Assembly (NCBI GenBank): GCA_902525565.1 | Contig: CABZHY010000002.1 | Span: 2,221-66,220, forward strand | DNA from: an uncultured Pelagibacteraceae bacterium | Lineage (GTDB): Bacteria; Pseudomonadota; Alphaproteobacteria; Pelagibacterales; Pelagibacteraceae | Length of the DNA stretch: 64,000 bases | Direction of reading: 5' to 3' | Part shown: positions 59,276 through 64,000 of the stretch, piece by piece | Numbering within the stretch: position 1 is the first letter of the stretch | Layout: every line of letters begins with the position of its first letter | The notes under the pieces: model-generated | What the model was told of the DNA's origin: nothing | Database searches by the model: none | What the model saw: only the letters and a program-made list of their open reading frames with translations | Program-made: the position numbers and the translations under genes

Positions 59276-60535
59276 ATGAATGACACTCTAGCAAATACAG
59301 AAAAAAAAACTGCATACATACTAACTTTACCTGCAGTTCTTTTAGTTTTTTCAATAATTTTATTTCCAATTTTTGCTAATATTTGGATTAGTTTTAAAGA
59401 AGTTGAATTAAAAGATATTCGAATTCCGGAACCAAGAGCAAAAAAAATTGTAAAATCTATTTCTGATGAACCTACTAAAATAAAAATATTATATAAGTTA
59501 AGAAATAGTTCATTAATTCAAGAAATTAGAGATGTTTCGTTTCAAGATAATTTTCCAAAAAATTTTGAAATTGAAAATTTAGATCCAAGATGTTCTTACA
59601 AAAAGTATAACTTAAAATGTGAATTTGGAAATTGGCCAGCTAAATATAGAGAAAATTTCCAAGTAATATTTGCAACAAATAATGGTTTAAAAATAGATAA
59701 AAAAAAACTTAAATCTATAAAACCAAAATTAGAAGGAAAGTCTGATAATATTTTACTTAATACTAATTTTACCTTAAAAAACTTCAAAAAGGTTTTATTT
59801 GAGAATGAATTTGTAGATTTACTACTTACAACTTTTTATTACACATTTTTTGGAACTATCGGCTCAATAGTATTTGGTATTTTAACTGCTCAAATGGTAA
59901 ATCAAAAGTTTTATGGAAGAACATTTATGAGAAGTGTTTTACTTTTCCCATATGTTGCTCCAGTCGTTGCTTTAGCTTACACTTGGGAACTTTTACTGGA
60001 TCCAAATAGTGGGACGCTTAATAGTTTACTATTAAATTATCAAATTATTGAAACTCCAATAAATTTACTTGGACAAAAATACATAGAAATAAGTATTTTA
60101 GGTTTTGATTTTAAATTAAGATTAGCACTCACAACAGTTATAATGTTTGAGATTTGGAGGTATTTTCCGTTAGCTTTTTTATTTATTCTTGCAAGACTTC
60201 AAGCTATTCCAAAAGAATTATACGAGGCTGCTGATGTAGATGGAGCAAGTCCCTTTCAAAAATTTTTTAAAATTACACTTCCTCAAATTACTGCAGTAAT
60301 TTCGATTTTATTCATGATTAGGTTTATATGGAATTTTAATAAATTTGAGGATGTCTTTTTATTAACAGGCGGCGCGTCAGGAACAAGAACTTTGCCAATA
60401 AATGTTTATCAACAAGGTTTTGCAATATCAGATATTGGAATGGGCTCGGCTGTTTCAATTGTAATCGTTGTATTACTTTTAATGTTTATGTTTTTTTATT
60501 TTAAACTTTTAGGAAAGAGGGTAGATGAGAACTAA
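59276..60535 (+). CDS. Carbohydrate ABC permease with inserted extracytoplasmic domain
   Basis: EAA loop LYEAADVDGA; about 110-aa soluble insert after TM1. Confidence 0.9.
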   Translation: MNDTLANTEKKTAYILTLPAVLLVFSIILFPIFANIWISFKEVELKDIRIPEPRAKKIVKSISDEPTKIKILYKLRNSSLIQEIRDVSFQDNFPKNFEIENLDPRCSYKKYNLKCEFGNWPAKYRENFQVIFATNNGLKIDKKKLKSIKPKLEGKSDNILLNTNFTLKNFKKVLFENEFVDLLLTTFYYTFFGTIGSIVFGILTAQMVNQKFYGRTFMRSVLLFPYVAPVVALAYTWELLLDPNSGTLNSLLLNYQIIETPINLLGQKYIEISILGFDFKLRLALTTVIMFEIWRYFPLAFLFILARLQAIPKELYEAADVDGASPFQKFFKITLPQITAVISILFMIRFIWNFNKFEDVFLLTGGASGTRTLPINVYQQGFAISDIGMGSAVSIVIVVLLLMFMFFYFKLLGKRVDEN

Positions 60536-61714
60536 AAATACGTTACTATTTTCATTAATATCTACTTTTTTCTTAATTTTTTTAATTTCGATTTGGAAGA
60601 TATTAGCAACTTTGCAAGGTTTAAGTATTACTAGTTTTAATATTGAAATACTTTTTATCTTCGGGTTTTTAATATCATTAGCTCACTTAGGAATAGGTGA
60701 TAGAATTAAATCATTTTATAAATCAATTATTTTCTCTCTAATATTCGTTTTTTGTGATGGTTACTTAATACAAAAATTACCAATTTGGTATAATGTTGGA
60801 GTATTTTTAATAATATATTTTTTCACTAATAAAATTAGTAAATACAGTTTAATTGGTTTAAAAGAAGAGCACTCTACACAAGTAATTTTATTCGACTTCT
60901 TAACTTTATTTGGTATTTTATTTTTTTCATTTGTAATACTTTTTCCATTTTATATGATGTTAGTAACAAGCTTTAAAACACAGATAGCTTTATTAGTTAA
61001 TCCTTTAGATTTTAGTATTAATTTTTCACAAGATATAAAAGATTTATTTAAATCTTATTTTGTAATCTTTAAATCTTATAATTTTGGAAAATATATAGTA
61101 ACAAGTACAATTGTTTCTGTTGGTACTGTTATTATCACTCTTCTTTTTGCAATACCTGCTGCTTATGCAGTTGCTAGATTAAATTTCTTTGGAAAAACAT
61201 TTTTATCTACATCCATACTTATAATATACATGTTTCCCGCAATCGTCCTTGTTATTCCGTTGTATACAATATTTAGTCAATTAGGTTTACGTAATTCAAT
61301 AGAGGGTTTATTAATTGTGTATACAGCAACAACACTCCCAGTAGCTATTTATATGTTGCAAGGATACTTCAAAAGTATACCAAAAGAATTAGAAGAAGCT
61401 GCAATTTTAGACAAATTAAGTTGGTTTGGAATTATAACAAAAATTATAATACCTTTGAGTATTCCAGCTATTTCGTCTGTAGCATTATATGTATTTATGA
61501 TTGCTTGGAATGAATTTTTATTCTCTTTAATGTTCTTGGATAACCCTAATTCCTTCACATTATCAAGGGCAATTCAATATCTAAGTGGTGATGCTGAAAC
61601 ACCGAGGCAATACCTAATGGCAGGGTCAGTTGTTGTTACATTGCCTGTTTTATTTATATTTGTTTATTTTGAAAAATATTTAGTAAGTGGACTAACAGCT
61701 GGAAGTGTGAAAGG

Positions 61715-61718
<4 letters not shown>
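60525..61718 (+). CDS. Carbohydrate ABC permease (MalG-like) with extra N-terminal TMs
   Basis: IPKELEEAAILD, AWNEF, GLTAGSVKG. Confidence 0.9.

Positions 61719-64000
<2,282 letters not shown>

Noticed and set aside
749-61558. Many short alternative-frame or antisense ORFs in the track (e.g. 7472-7873, 10234-10551, 12367-12672, 13113-13439, 18301-18834, 43445-43906, 58622-59122)
   Set aside because: They lie within or largely overlap well-supported genes, have no motifs or SDs, and look like shadow ORFs.

Overview
AT-rich, gene-dense alphaproteobacterial chromosome segment with tiny intergenic spacers and many overlapping stop/start codons. Gene content is typical of SAR11/Pelagibacterales (inference from content, not from a marker gene). 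I saw no rRNA, tRNA, CRISPR array, integrase or transposase. Blocks in order: (1-15.3 kb) methylated-osmolyte/C1 oxidation, with two GcvT-family flavoproteins, a DddP-like M24 enzyme, a small kinase plus nucleotidyltransferase pair, a BesD-fold dioxygenase, a BT1 transporter and etfBA/ETF-QO; (15.3-20 kb) tandem 2OG-Fe(II) oxygenases, hisI, folE, acuI and a LysR; (20.1-24.2 kb) a Fur-box-preceded Fe(III) ABC operon with an inserted Cys-motif micro-ORF and a long hairpin; (24-28.5 kb) azlCD, an ETHE1-like enzyme, cytochromes and an orphan structured element with a 9-codon ORF; (28.6-45 kb) a non-phosphorylative sugar-acid catabolic cluster with a TRAP transporter and ppc; (49-53.5 kb) an 11-gene co-oriented array of small cyclase/cupin/barrel-fold proteins ending in two SMR transporters that lack Glu14, behind a structured leader; (54-64 kb) cysEK, a carbohydrate ABC system with a GH63 hydrolase, and an HpsN-like HisD homolog. 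The best candidates for undescribed biology are the small-protein array, several intergenic RNA structures and the glycoside-osmolyte uptake module. All family calls come from motifs recognised by eye; no database searches were run.
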